64,000 nt of DNA from IMG/VR virus record IMGVR_UViG_3300028588_000001, positions 15,800-79,799 of that record; one strand, given 5' to 3'. The stretch is from a virus (Duplodnaviria > Caudoviricetes). The position numbers were made by a program, and so were the translations under genes. The notes under the pieces were generated by a model. It did not search any database. It saw only the letters and a list, made by a program, of their open reading frames with translations, and was not told the DNA's origin. Of this stretch, positions 42,437-52,700 are shown piece after piece (position 1 is the stretch's first letter; each line of letters begins with the position of its first letter).

Positions 42437-42843
42437 AATACACCTTCTTTTCTCTTGAGGATGGCCGCTACCTGGGCGCCATCGACACATCGAGCCCGGA
42501 AAGCCTGGAGCGCAACACGCCGCCGGGCGCACGCGCCGTGGAGGGCAACCACTCGCACGAGTCCTATTTCGAGGACGGCGCGGTGCACCCGATCCCTGCG
42601 CGCGTGAACCCCTACGACACCTGGGATTTTGCTGCGCACCTGTGGCGCGACGTGCGCACGGACGAGAAGCGCACCGCCGATGCCGCCGAAGAGATCGCGG
42701 CCGCCCGGCGCGCCGCCTACCCACCGCTGGCGGATCTCGCCGACGCCCTGTACTGGCAGTCTCAGGGCGACAACTCCAAGATGGACGCCTACAACGCCCA
42801 GGTGGCGGCCGTGAAGGCGGAATTTCCGAAACGCGTCACGTAA
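42433..42843 (+). CDS. Tail assembly chaperone-like protein
   Basis: RRAAYPPLADLADALY...VAAVKAEFPK motif. Confidence 0.75.
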   Translation: MKYTFFSLEDGRYLGAIDTSSPESLERNTPPGARAVEGNHSHESYFEDGAVHPIPARVNPYDTWDFAAHLWRDVRTDEKRTADAAEEIAAARRAAYPPLADLADALYWQSQGDNSKMDAYNAQVAAVKAEFPKRVT

Positions 42844-42951
42844 ATAGTCCAGACCGGCGCCTGTATTGTGCAATACAACAGGCCCGGCTAAAAAGTAAAA
42901 GTTCGCGGAACCGCCCATAGACTTCTGCCTATCAATTTTCAGGAGGCAGGC

Positions 42952-43848
42952 TTGGAACTCTCGCGCACCCACGAATCACCGTCCCACGCGCCGATCGCAG
43001 AACTCATGCGCGGCTTGCCGATCACGCCGGCAATGGTCGAGGCGGCCGAAAACGCATCGCTTCAACTCGAACAAGTGTCCTGCCCGGTTGTGCACCGCTT
43101 CGGCCCGGGGATCTGTGTGCGCGAGGTGTTCATGCCGGCCGGGACGTTCGCAATCGGCCACCACCAGCGTTACGAGCACATCAACGTTTTCCTGCAGGGC
43201 CGCGTGACGATGATTCAGGACGACGGGTCGACCCGCGAGCTGGTCGCGCCCATGTTCTTCATCGGCCAGCCCGGGCGCAAGGTCGGCTACATCCATGAGG
43301 ATGTGGTGTGGCTGAATATCTACGCGACCGACGAGACCGACGTGGCGAAGATCGAAGAGCACTTTGTCGATCGAAGCGCGGCATGGAAGGCGCACGCCAG
43401 TCAGCAGCTGGCCATCGATTCACTCGGCCGACAGGTCGACCGCGACGACTTCGCCAGCGCGATCGCCGAGATGGGCTTTACCGCCGAGCAGGCACGCCAA
43501 ATGGCCGAGGACGACAGCGACGTAATGCCGCTCCCGCCTGGGCACTACAAGATCCGGCTGTCCGACTCGCCGATCGAGGGCAAGGGCGTATTTGCCACGT
43601 CGAGCATTGCCCCGGGCGAAATGATCGCGCCGGCGCGCATCGACGGGTACCGGACCCTGGCCGGCCGCTACGTGAACCACGCAAAACACCCGAACGCACG
43701 ACTGAAAGCGGTGAACGAGCGCGGCGACATGGCTTTTGTCGCGATCGCGCCTATCGCCGGCTGTCATGGCGGCGGGAATGGCGACGAGATCACGGTCGAT
43801 TACCGGCAAGTGGTCCCGGCATATCCCAAATTTGTTAATAAGGAATAA
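42952..43848 (+). CDS. Cupin-SET domain fusion protein
   Basis: N-terminal cupin HRFGPGICVREVFMPAG...GHHQRYEH. C-terminal SET motifs SPIEGKGVFA, RYVNHAKHPN, GDEITVDY. AGGAGG RBS with TTG start. Confidence 0.85.
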   Translation: MELSRTHESPSHAPIAELMRGLPITPAMVEAAENASLQLEQVSCPVVHRFGPGICVREVFMPAGTFAIGHHQRYEHINVFLQGRVTMIQDDGSTRELVAPMFFIGQPGRKVGYIHEDVVWLNIYATDETDVAKIEEHFVDRSAAWKAHASQQLAIDSLGRQVDRDDFASAIAEMGFTAEQARQMAEDDSDVMPLPPGHYKIRLSDSPIEGKGVFATSSIAPGEMIAPARIDGYRTLAGRYVNHAKHPNARLKAVNERGDMAFVAIAPIAGCHGGGNGDEITVDYRQVVPAYPKFVNKE

Positions 43849-43851
43849 ACA

Positions 43852-44589
43852 ATGTCAGTAGTTGCAGCAGCCGTTATCGGCAGCGCCGTTGTCGGCGGCG
43901 TGGTCTCCAGCAAAGCATCCAAGAATGCAACGCAGGCCCAGGACCGCGCCACCGACGCGAACGCGTACCAGGGCGAGATCGCGACCGACCAATACGACTA
44001 CTACAAGGGCACCTATCGTCCGCTCGAAACGTCACTGGTCGCGGAGGCTACAGCTGCCGGCAGTCAAGCCGAGTACGACAAGGCCGCGGCCGACGCGCAA
44101 TCGACGGTTTCGACCCAGCTGGGCCTTGCAGCGGATCGCTTGCGCCGTACGCCCGGGCTCGACCCATCCAGCGCGGCATCGGCGGCCGCAAACACCAATC
44201 TTGCGCTCAAGGGCGCCGCGATGGGCGCCGGCGCCCAGAACGCAGCGCGTGAGCAGGTCAAGGACAAGGCCTACGCGAAGAAGATGGATGCTGTCGGGCT
44301 CGGCAAGGGCCTCGTGACCAATGCCATGAACGGCCTGAGCAGCGCGGCCGCAACTGCGCAATCCGCAGCGAATGCGCAAAACGCGCAGGCCGCGTCGACC
44401 GCGAGTAGCGTGGGCGGCGCCGCGTCGACGGCAATCACGGCTCTGGCCAACAAGAATTGGGGGCTGACGGGCTACCAGCCGCAGGGCAACTACACCGGCA
44501 CCGGCTCCAGCTGGGTCGACAACTACACGCCCAGCACAGCGCCGGTAACGATTGATCCGAGCGTCGGCGCCGTCATGCCCAGCATTTAA
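43852..44589 (+). CDS. Internal virion (ejection) protein, small
   Basis: MSVVAAAVIGSAVVGGVVSSKAS N-terminus, Ala/Gln/Gly-rich. Confidence 0.85.
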   Translation: MSVVAAAVIGSAVVGGVVSSKASKNATQAQDRATDANAYQGEIATDQYDYYKGTYRPLETSLVAEATAAGSQAEYDKAAADAQSTVSTQLGLAADRLRRTPGLDPSSAASAAANTNLALKGAAMGAGAQNAAREQVKDKAYAKKMDAVGLGKGLVTNAMNGLSSAAATAQSAANAQNAQAASTASSVGGAASTAITALANKNWGLTGYQPQGNYTGTGSSWVDNYTPSTAPVTIDPSVGAVMPSI

Positions 44590-44604
44590 CAGAAAGGTAA
44601 CAGC

Positions 44605-46518
44605 ATGTCATTCAATTGGGGCGGGGTCGCCGCAGCAATTCAGGGCGCAGATGCCGCGCAACGCCAGCGCAAGGACGATGAACGCAGGGACGCGGCCGAG
44701 GCGCGCGCCACACGCGCTGATGAGCGTGCGGATCAGGCCGCAGCGTTTGAAGAAGAGGCGCGCGGCCGCCAGCGCACCGAATGGAAGGAAACCGACCGTA
44801 TCAAGGACGCCGACAAGGCGGATCGCGATGCGGTAGCCAAGGAATTCGACGCGAAGGCGGCCGCGCTCCAGACCGGCGCCGGCGCGCAGGATGTCGCCGA
44901 CGCCCAGCAGCAGGTTGCGGCGGACAAGCAGCAGGCCGCGATCGACGCCGCGCTCGCCCCGCCGTCCGACCTGTTGCCGGGCGCGGCCGCAGCAGCGCCG
45001 GCGCCGGCCGCATCGGTCGTCAAGACCGGCGCCTCGACCAAGCCGAGCTGGGCCACGCCAGCGCCGGCGGCCGCCGATACCTCGGGCTCGCCCAAGCTCG
45101 ACCCGGCCGTGGCCGCGAAGCTGCAAGCGAACGCCGGCGGCATCCCGCAGGCGCAAGACTTCAATGACTCCCTCGATCGCCAGCTGGCATTCCTGCGCCG
45201 CAAGAGCGCGCGCGGGGACATGAAGCCGGAAGAGTACGCTGCATCGGCAACCGTGCTGGACCGGCTGAAAAATGAAGGCGTCAACGATGCCCTGGCTCTG
45301 ATGGCGCAAGGGCGCTACGACGAGGCGATGAAGCGCTACAACAGCGTGGGCACCATGCGTGGCGCCGCGATTATCAAGGCGGAAGAGGGCACGACCAAGA
45401 TCAACGGCGAGGACGTGCCGACCCGCTTCGTCACGGTGCGCAACCCGGATGGCTCGCGCACGACCATGGACGTTGCGAAGGCGCAGTACCAGCTGCTCGA
45501 CATGAATACGCAGCTCCAGCACGCCGACCGTGCGAACACGCGCCGGGATGCAAATACGCACGCTGACCGGACCTACGAGCTGCAAAAGAAGGAAGCCGAC
45601 CAGCGCGCGAAAGACGCCGCGGCCTCGCGTTCGTTGCAGGCGCGCCAGATCGCGATCGCCGAGGCGAACACGCCATCGGGCCAGTTGCTCGCCGCCGAGA
45701 AGGCACTCGGCCGCAAGCTCACGCCCGAAGAAAAGGCGACGAAGCTGGGCTTTGACACGCTGCCGCCGCAGACCCGCGCCCAGCTCAACAGCCTGTTGAA
45801 AGAGGTCGAGGGAATCTCGTCGGCCATGAACAAGTCGCAGGCCGAGGGCACCTGGGACGAGAAAACCGCCGGCGCGCAGCAGCTCATGCAACGCCAGGGC
45901 GTGCTCAACGTCCAGATCAAGCAGCTGCTCAACAAGCAGGGGAATGGTTCGGGCAAGGCCGATGCCGATCCGCTGGGCCTGTTGTCGCCGCCGCCAGCGC
46001 AGAAAGGCGGCGCGCCGGCGGCCGCCGCTGCACCGGCCTCGCCCGCAGCAACGCCGAAAAGCACAACGAGGGCCGAGGTGGCCCAGGGAATTGCTGCGCA
46101 GGCGAAAAATCCAGCGCTGGGCGGTTTGCCGCCGCTTTCCTTCGCGGCCGCCAAGGCCAGCCCGATCCCTGCGGCTGCATCGGGCGTGCTCAAGCCCGTC
46201 GGCGGCGTACGGCCGCAAGCCCAAGCCGCCGGCCCGCAGGCGACTCCGGGCTCGCAGGCCGCAATCGCGCAGGCAATCGGCCTCACCAATGACGGCGCCA
46301 TGAATGGCGTTGTCATGCAGCAGGCCGACGCAATCGCACAAGCGAACAACGCCTTCATCCTCGCGCGCCGCACCTATCAAGCGGTGGCGAATTCGGGCGA
46401 CGAAGCGGCAACGAAACAAGCGCTGAAAGACTACTACACGACCAATGACGCCCTGCGCGAAGCGCTCGGCCGCGTGGGCAATCAGCGTGCGGCCGTCGAG
46501 GCCGCAATCGGAATGTAA
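44605..46518 (+). CDS. Internal virion (ejection) protein, medium
   Basis: 637 aa, helical and low-complexity, between the small and giant ejection genes. Confidence 0.8.
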   Translation: MSFNWGGVAAAIQGADAAQRQRKDDERRDAAEARATRADERADQAAAFEEEARGRQRTEWKETDRIKDADKADRDAVAKEFDAKAAALQTGAGAQDVADAQQQVAADKQQAAIDAALAPPSDLLPGAAAAAPAPAASVVKTGASTKPSWATPAPAAADTSGSPKLDPAVAAKLQANAGGIPQAQDFNDSLDRQLAFLRRKSARGDMKPEEYAASATVLDRLKNEGVNDALALMAQGRYDEAMKRYNSVGTMRGAAIIKAEEGTTKINGEDVPTRFVTVRNPDGSRTTMDVAKAQYQLLDMNTQLQHADRANTRRDANTHADRTYELQKKEADQRAKDAAASRSLQARQIAIAEANTPSGQLLAAEKALGRKLTPEEKATKLGFDTLPPQTRAQLNSLLKEVEGISSAMNKSQAEGTWDEKTAGAQQLMQRQGVLNVQIKQLLNKQGNGSGKADADPLGLLSPPPAQKGGAPAAAAAPASPAATPKSTTRAEVAQGIAAQAKNPALGGLPPLSFAAAKASPIPAAASGVLKPVGGVRPQAQAAGPQATPGSQAAIAQAIGLTNDGAMNGVVMQQADAIAQANNAFILARRTYQAVANSGDEAATKQALKDYYTTNDALREALGRVGNQRAAVEAAIGM

Positions 46519-46539
46519 TGACAAGGAATTAAGCCGGCA

Positions 46540-49500
46540 ATGAGTGATCTGAACGCAGTACGTCAAAAACTCCCCGAACTGGCCGGGCTCGACGATGAAC
46601 ACCTCGTCGACGCCGTGCACCAGTTGTATTACCCGCAGGTCGACAAGGCCGTTCTCGCGCAGAAGCTCGGCTACAAGCCGCCGGAAAAGCCGGTTGAGCA
46701 GGCTGGCCTGTTCCGCACGGCTGGCGACGTGGGCATCAAGCTCGCGCAAGGCGTGGTCGACCTGGGGCAATCTGCCATCGGCGCCGCCAATCTGGCATCG
46801 CTCGGTCTCGTCGGCTCGGGCCTGGATGCCGTAGGCTACGATCCGAACCTGCCGAAACGCATCAACGATGGCATGGGCGAGTACTTGAGTCCGGCCCAGA
46901 AGGCCTCGGACGCCAAGGTGGCGAATGCTGACGGCTTCGTGGACACGCTCGCGGAGTCCGTCAAGAACCCGCGCGCGATCGTCGGCAGCATCGCCGAATC
47001 GGTCCCGGGAATGGCCGCAGGCATGTACGGTACCAGCGCGCTCGCTGGCCGCATTGGCCTCAAGGCGGCCATGGCGACGGCCGAGGGGCAGGCCGCAAGC
47101 GCAGCTGCGAGCGCCGCCGGCGCGACTGCGAAAGAAGCAGCAGCGGCCGCGCTCAAGACGCAAGCCGGCGCCGCCGCCGCCAAGGATGCCATCGATGCGG
47201 CCGGCACCAAGCTGCTCGCCACCGGCGCCGGCATCGAGGGCGCCCAGAGCGCCGGCCAGATCGCCGAGCAGGCGCGTGCTGCCGGGCGTGATTACGGCGA
47301 CTATGCGCTGCCGGCGGCCGCCGCAGGCCTGGGCACGGCCGCGATCGGGCTGGGCGCGGGCAAGCTCATGGGCGATTCGGCGACCAAGATCGCCACCGGC
47401 GCGCAGTCCACCGGCGTCAAGGGCGGGCTCGCGGCGCGCGTGGGCAAGGAATTCTTGAGCGAGGGCGTGCTGGAGGAAATGCCGCAGTCCGCCCAAGAGC
47501 AGGTATTCACCAACATGGCGAACGGCGACCCGCTCGATAAGGGCGTGGCCAATGCCGCCGCCTCGGGGCTGATCACGGGCGGCGTCATGGGCGCCGGCAT
47601 GGGTGCATTCCAGAACCACGGCGATGCACCGGCCGCGCCGGCGCCTGTCGTACTGCCGAACACCGGCCCGCTGTCGCAGGCGGCGAACGCCGGCCAGGCC
47701 GCCCAGGCCGCAGCAGCAGCCCAGCAGGCGCCGGCGGCACCAGCTGCGCCGGCGGCACCAGCCGCTCCAGCGGCACCGGCCACGCCGGCGCAGATGCCGC
47801 TCGACGCGATCGACGCGCGCCTGTCCGAGATCCGCGCGATCGGGCGCGGTACCGAAGATCAGACCATCCAGAACCCGGACGGCACCACGTCGACCGTCAA
47901 GGGCGCAGTGCCGCGCCGCTACACCCCGGAAGAGCGCGCCGAGTACGACACCCTGATCGCCGAACGCAAGAAGCGGGTCGCGATCCCGGCCGACCAGCAG
48001 GCCGAGTATCAGCAGCTGCTGACCGACGAGGCGCAGGCGCAGGCGCAACAGGCAACCCCGAAGGGCCAGCAGGCCGCGCCGCAGAGCCAGCAGCAAACGC
48101 CCGATATGTTCGCGCCGCCGCCGCTGCCGTCGCCGGCCGAGCAGGATGCCGAGATCCAGCGCCTGATCGCCGAGGAAGAGGCGCAGCGCCGCGCCGCCCA
48201 GGAACAGGAGATCTCCACCACCAATGCGATCATCGAGCACGACATGGCCTCGCGCGCCGCGGCGAACCGCAAAGCGCTGCGCGACAAGATCCTGGCCGAT
48301 GAACTGATCCCGGCCCGCAAGAAGAAAAAAGCCTTCCAGAAGGCCATGGAGCAGGACGGCTACACCTTCCCGCACCTGGGCGAAGAGGATCACGCCGCGA
48401 TCGACGCGCACGCGGCCGGCCTGCGCGCATCCGTGCTTGAGCAAGTGCTCGCCGATGATTCCATCCCGGCCGAGCACAAGGCCGAAGGCCTGTCGCACGC
48501 GCTGTCGTACCACGGCTTCAAGGAAACCAAGCCGACCGAGGCAGATCTCGACGCGATCGCCGAGGCAACCGCGCCGGTACCGGCGGCGCCGAACGAGCTG
48601 GTCGACGCGGTACCCACGCGCGAGCAGACCGCGCCGGCACCGGCGCCTGCAGGCGGCGTGAACACGGCGGCCGTCGACGCGGCGATCGACGCCGGCATGC
48701 GCCTGAAAACTGCAAACGGCGCCGTTCTGCACAAGAAAGGGTCGAGCAAGATCTTCAAGCTGTCGACCGCGCAGAAAGCCTACTACTTGGAGCGCATGGC
48801 CGCCCTGGAGCCTGCCCAGGTCGAGGCGCCGGCCGCCGCCGCCGACGTGGAAACGCCGGCGGCCGCCGAGGCGCCGATCGAGCAGCAGGTACAGGATTAC
48901 GTCGACGGCAACCGTGACACCCCGCCCGAACTGCCGGCCGCGCCCGTTGCGGCCGCGCCGGCACCGGCGCCGTCGACCACCGCAGAACGCGATGTAGCGC
49001 ACGACGCCGGCATGGAGCAGCTGGCCCAGAAATGGGCCGAGGACGACACGAAGAAGGCCCAGGAGACCAACCCGACCATTGCCTACCAGAGTGGCGCGGG
49101 TACCGTGTGGGACGAAGAGGCTGTGCAGCGCCGCAACCTGACCCCACGCGGCCCGATCGGCGTCGACGTGCTCGGCGAAGAGCAGGCCAATATGTTCGCG
49201 GCCGCGGCCCTGCGCGAAGCGCGCGAGTCGTTCGACGCGGACGGCAAATTCATCGGCAAGTACAAGTACCGCGCGCGCCCGAACCACGCGAAAGCGCGCG
49301 TGATGATGTTCACCGATCTGGACGACGCGAAGGAATACGTCAACGACTACGGCCGCATCAAGAACCCGGAACAGCGCGAGAAGCGCAAGCGCCTGGGCCT
49401 GGGCGATCGTGGACAGACCATTTTCGAGAACGAGCAGGGCGTCCGCTCCTACCGCGCGAGCGGGTTCAAGTACACCGAAACACCGGGCAGCACGCGCGAG

Positions 49501-52500
49501 GATGACTTCAAGACCCAGGCCGAGCTGGAGCAGGAGAAAGCCGGCAAGGCGGCCGCGCCAGTCCCGCCGGCGCTGGATCTGCCGACCATCGATCACGACG
49601 GGGATACGTGGCATATCTCGAACACCGGAGCCGAGCGCGACGGTAAGATCTTCGCCCACCTGTCGAGCGCAACGCGCGGCACCCAGCAGAAAAACGGCGT
49701 CAATCCGGCCCAAATCAACGACTGGATCGACGCGGACAAGATCGCCGCCGCGCGTGAGCGCTTCGAGCTGGACAAGGCCGCCCATGAAGCCGCCACCAGC
49801 CCGACCAACGACCGCCCCGAGCCGACCGACGCCCAGAAAGAGGCCGGCAACTACAAGAAGGGCCATATCAAGCTGCACGGCCTGGATATCTCGATCGAGA
49901 ATCCGGCCGGCTCGACCCGCAAGGGCGTCGACCCAGATGGCAAGCCGTGGGAAACCACGATGCAAAACCACTATGGCGACATCCTGGGGACCGAGGGCGC
50001 CGACGGCGATCCGGTCGACGTGTTCATCGGCAAGAACCACGAGAGCACGAAAGTATTCGTGGTCGACCAGAACAAGCCGGGCAGCGTCCGCAAATTCGAT
50101 GAGCACAAGGTCATGCTGGGCTTCGACACCGCCGACGAGGCGCGTGCGGCCTACAGCAGCAACTACGCGGCCGATTGGAGGGGCGGCGACCGGATCACCA
50201 CGACCGATATCGACGGCCTGAAAAAGTGGCTGGCCGAGGGCAAGCGCACCCGCCCGATCGCCTACGACCCGCCGAAGGGCGCGGAGATCGAGGACTTCCG
50301 CCCGGTCCAAGTGGGTACCGGCCCTATGGCACGGGAGATCGCCGCGCAGGAGCGCGTGCTCGCCCAGCTCAAGCGCTCGAAGGAGGAAGCGCAGGACGCC
50401 GGCAAGGAGTGGGTTTACGACAAAAAGATCGCCAGCGTCGAAAGCACCATTGAAGCGTATCGCCAAATCGAGGCGGCGCAGGCAGCGCATGCAGCGGCCG
50501 CCACCTCCACGCCCGAAGCCACGCCGGCAGAGGCGCCGCAGCTGACGAAGTTCGAGCTGAACAAGATGACGGTCAAGGACATGAGCGACGAGCAGCTGAT
50601 GCAGGCGCAAACCGTCCTGGCCGACACCAAGCGCGCGCCGGCGATCGCCAAGGAGGTCGACAAGCGCGGCCTGGTGCAGAAGATGAAGGCGGCCGAAGAT
50701 GCGGCGCGTGCGCGTGCGGCCGCTCGCGAATACTGGAAGCCGGGCATGGTCACGAGCATGCCGCTCTGGTCGGAGATCGAGGGCGGGTCGAAGCTGGCCT
50801 ATACCCAGATGCTGCCGGGCGTCATCGAGTCGATTGACGGCGACACGGCCAGCGTGCGGATCTACGCTGCACCGGAATACGGCTACAGGCTCGAAAACTA
50901 CAACCTGCACGGCAAGCTGGCAGTGAACGTGCCATTGACGGAGTTGGGCAAGAACGCCGATCGCCAGCTGCAACGCATTGCCGACGAGGGCAAGCTGGCC
51001 GAGGGAGATCCGCAGCTGGCCGCCCAGGTGCGTGAACGTGAGGCCGGGCGCGCTGCCGATGGCAAGGCCCAGACGACAGCGGCGGCACCCGCCGACATGC
51101 CGGCGGCACCAGCCGAGAGCACCGAGGGCGCAGCGCCGGCCGCGCCGGCAGAGGAGGCGAAAGCGCTCAGCACCGCGCCCGAGCATGCCCGCATGGACGG
51201 GACCGGCCCGAAGTCTGACCAGTTCACGAGCGAGAAATTCCGCGCGGCCGCGGCGCGGGTCAAAGACCTGCAGGCCGAGCGCGAAGCCATCCTTGCGGCC
51301 AACCCGGGGATGTTCGAGGGCAAGGGCAGCGGCCGCAAGCCGACGAAGGCGGCGCCGCCCGAGCTGGTCGCGCAGTGGAAGGAGTTCAAGCGCAAGTGGG
51401 ATCAGGCCACGGGCGACTATAACGCCGCCCTGGCCGTGCCCAAGTACGGCACTGCGACCGGCAACCCGGTCAAGGGAGAGGCGCCGGTCGATGAGTCCAT
51501 TGTTCCGATGACCATGGACAAGGCGCACTTCCAAGAGATCACCGACGAGTGGGCGGACCTGTTCGCCGAACCGCCGGCGGGCGAGCGCGTGCGCCTCGAC
51601 ATGAAAACCTTGCCCGAGACCATGGACGAGGCCGCCGCGCGCGCCCAGGTCGAGGAATGGATCGCGCACGCCCGCAAGCAGGGCGAGACCCACGGCAGCG
51701 AAAACAGCCGCCGCACCGTGCTGTCCCTGTTCGACCTGTCGGGCGAGTGGTCGAAGCCATGGGCCGAGGCCGGCTACAACGTCGTGCAGTTCGACATCCA
51801 GAGCGGGCAAGACGTGTTCGACTTCAACGTCGAGTACTTCACCGAGAACTACGACCTGTCGGACGTGTTCTGCATCCTGGCCGCCACGCCCTGCACCGAC
51901 TTTGCATCGAGCGGCGCCAAGCACTTCCTCAAGAAAGACGAGGCAGGGCAGACCGAGCAGAGTGTCGAACTGGTGAACCAGACCGCGCGCACCATCGAGT
52001 ACTTCCGCCCGATGATCTGGTCGCTGGAAAACCCGGTCGGCCGCCTGTCGAACCTCACCGGCCTGCCGGCGCCGCGCCTGATGTTCCAGCCGCACGCATT
52101 CGGCGACCCGTACACCAAGGAGACTTGGATCTGGGGCCGCTTCAATGGCGAGCTGCCGACCGCCAACGTGTTCCCGACCGAGGGCTCGAAGATGCACTCG
52201 AAGTTCGGCGGCAAGAGCATCGAGACCAAGAACGCGCGCAGCGAGACCCCGGAGGGCTTCGCTTACGCCTTCTTCATGGCGAACAACTACGTCGACATGC
52301 CGGCCGAGCGCAAGCTGCCGCTCGAATACCCGGAAGCGTCGGGCGCGATCACCCAGGCGTTGAAGGCTGGGATCTCCGAGCAGGAGATCCACGACCTGAT
52401 GTACGACACCTACGGCAACTACGAGTACGAGGATGCGCGCAACGCGCTGATTCAAGCCGTGGCCGATCGCCAGAAGGCGGCCGAGCCGGCACCGGAGGCG

Positions 52501-52698
52501 GCGCCGGCCGAGCCCGAGCACGACGACGGCAAGGACATCCCGCGCGCCTTCTACAAGAAGGTGAAGGTACCCCATGACGTGTGGATCGAGGACGAGAAGC
52601 GGTACGAGTCCGTCGAAATCTCGGCCGACAAGGCGCTGACATCGGTGCGCGAGGACATCGACAACCTCAAGAGCCTGTTGGGCTGCATGAAAGGCTGA
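46540..52698 (+). CDS. Giant polyvalent ejection protein with InPase-like and C5 DNA-methyltransferase-like domains
   Basis: 2052 aa. Gly/Ala-rich N-part (EGVLEEMPQSAQEQ), then AGNYKKGH...IENPAGS...DGDPVDVF...FDEHKVMLGF, then VLSLFD...TPCTDF...LENPVGR. Confidence 0.9.
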   Translation: MSDLNAVRQKLPELAGLDDEHLVDAVHQLYYPQVDKAVLAQKLGYKPPEKPVEQAGLFRTAGDVGIKLAQGVVDLGQSAIGAANLASLGLVGSGLDAVGYDPNLPKRINDGMGEYLSPAQKASDAKVANADGFVDTLAESVKNPRAIVGSIAESVPGMAAGMYGTSALAGRIGLKAAMATAEGQAASAAASAAGATAKEAAAAALKTQAGAAAAKDAIDAAGTKLLATGAGIEGAQSAGQIAEQARAAGRDYGDYALPAAAAGLGTAAIGLGAGKLMGDSATKIATGAQSTGVKGGLAARVGKEFLSEGVLEEMPQSAQEQVFTNMANGDPLDKGVANAAASGLITGGVMGAGMGAFQNHGDAPAAPAPVVLPNTGPLSQAANAGQAAQAAAAAQQAPAAPAAPAAPAAPAAPATPAQMPLDAIDARLSEIRAIGRGTEDQTIQNPDGTTSTVKGAVPRRYTPEERAEYDTLIAERKKRVAIPADQQAEYQQLLTDEAQAQAQQATPKGQQAAPQSQQQTPDMFAPPPLPSPAEQDAEIQRLIAEEEAQRRAAQEQEISTTNAIIEHDMASRAAANRKALRDKILADELIPARKKKKAFQKAMEQDGYTFPHLGEEDHAAIDAHAAGLRASVLEQVLADDSIPAEHKAEGLSHALSYHGFKETKPTEADLDAIAEATAPVPAAPNELVDAVPTREQTAPAPAPAGGVNTAAVDAAIDAGMRLKTANGAVLHKKGSSKIFKLSTAQKAYYLERMAALEPAQVEAPAAAADVETPAAAEAPIEQQVQDYVDGNRDTPPELPAAPVAAAPAPAPSTTAERDVAHDAGMEQLAQKWAEDDTKKAQETNPTIAYQSGAGTVWDEEAVQRRNLTPRGPIGVDVLGEEQANMFAAAALREARESFDADGKFIGKYKYRARPNHAKARVMMFTDLDDAKEYVNDYGRIKNPEQREKRKRLGLGDRGQTIFENEQGVRSYRASGFKYTETPGSTREDDFKTQAELEQEKAGKAAAPVPPALDLPTIDHDGDTWHISNTGAERDGKIFAHLSSATRGTQQKNGVNPAQINDWIDADKIAAARERFELDKAAHEAATSPTNDRPEPTDAQKEAGNYKKGHIKLHGLDISIENPAGSTRKGVDPDGKPWETTMQNHYGDILGTEGADGDPVDVFIGKNHESTKVFVVDQNKPGSVRKFDEHKVMLGFDTADEARAAYSSNYAADWRGGDRITTTDIDGLKKWLAEGKRTRPIAYDPPKGAEIEDFRPVQVGTGPMAREIAAQERVLAQLKRSKEEAQDAGKEWVYDKKIASVESTIEAYRQIEAAQAAHAAAATSTPEATPAEAPQLTKFELNKMTVKDMSDEQLMQAQTVLADTKRAPAIAKEVDKRGLVQKMKAAEDAARARAAAREYWKPGMVTSMPLWSEIEGGSKLAYTQMLPGVIESIDGDTASVRIYAAPEYGYRLENYNLHGKLAVNVPLTELGKNADRQLQRIADEGKLAEGDPQLAAQVREREAGRAADGKAQTTAAAPADMPAAPAESTEGAAPAAPAEEAKALSTAPEHARMDGTGPKSDQFTSEKFRAAAARVKDLQAEREAILAANPGMFEGKGSGRKPTKAAPPELVAQWKEFKRKWDQATGDYNAALAVPKYGTATGNPVKGEAPVDESIVPMTMDKAHFQEITDEWADLFAEPPAGERVRLDMKTLPETMDEAAARAQVEEWIAHARKQGETHGSENSRRTVLSLFDLSGEWSKPWAEAGYNVVQFDIQSGQDVFDFNVEYFTENYDLSDVFCILAATPCTDFASSGAKHFLKKDEAGQTEQSVELVNQTARTIEYFRPMIWSLENPVGRLSNLTGLPAPRLMFQPHAFGDPYTKETWIWGRFNGELPTANVFPTEGSKMHSKFGGKSIETKNARSETPEGFAYAFFMANNYVDMPAERKLPLEYPEASGAITQALKAGISEQEIHDLMYDTYGNYEYEDARNALIQAVADRQKAAEPAPEAAPAEPEHDDGKDIPRAFYKKVKVPHDVWIEDEKRYESVEISADKALTSVREDIDNLKSLLGCMKG

Positions 52699-52700
52699 CC

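Noticed and set aside
47690-47790. Short GCCGGCGGCACCAGC-type repeats
   Set aside because: They encode an Ala-Pro linker in the giant protein and are ordinary low-complexity coding sequence.
44608-52575. 2655-aa minus-strand ORF (also 23909-26542, 60643-63891, 55636-58101 and similar)
   Set aside because: Antisense shadows of GC3-biased real genes. They have no motifs or RBS and are rich in Arg/Gly/Leu/Val.
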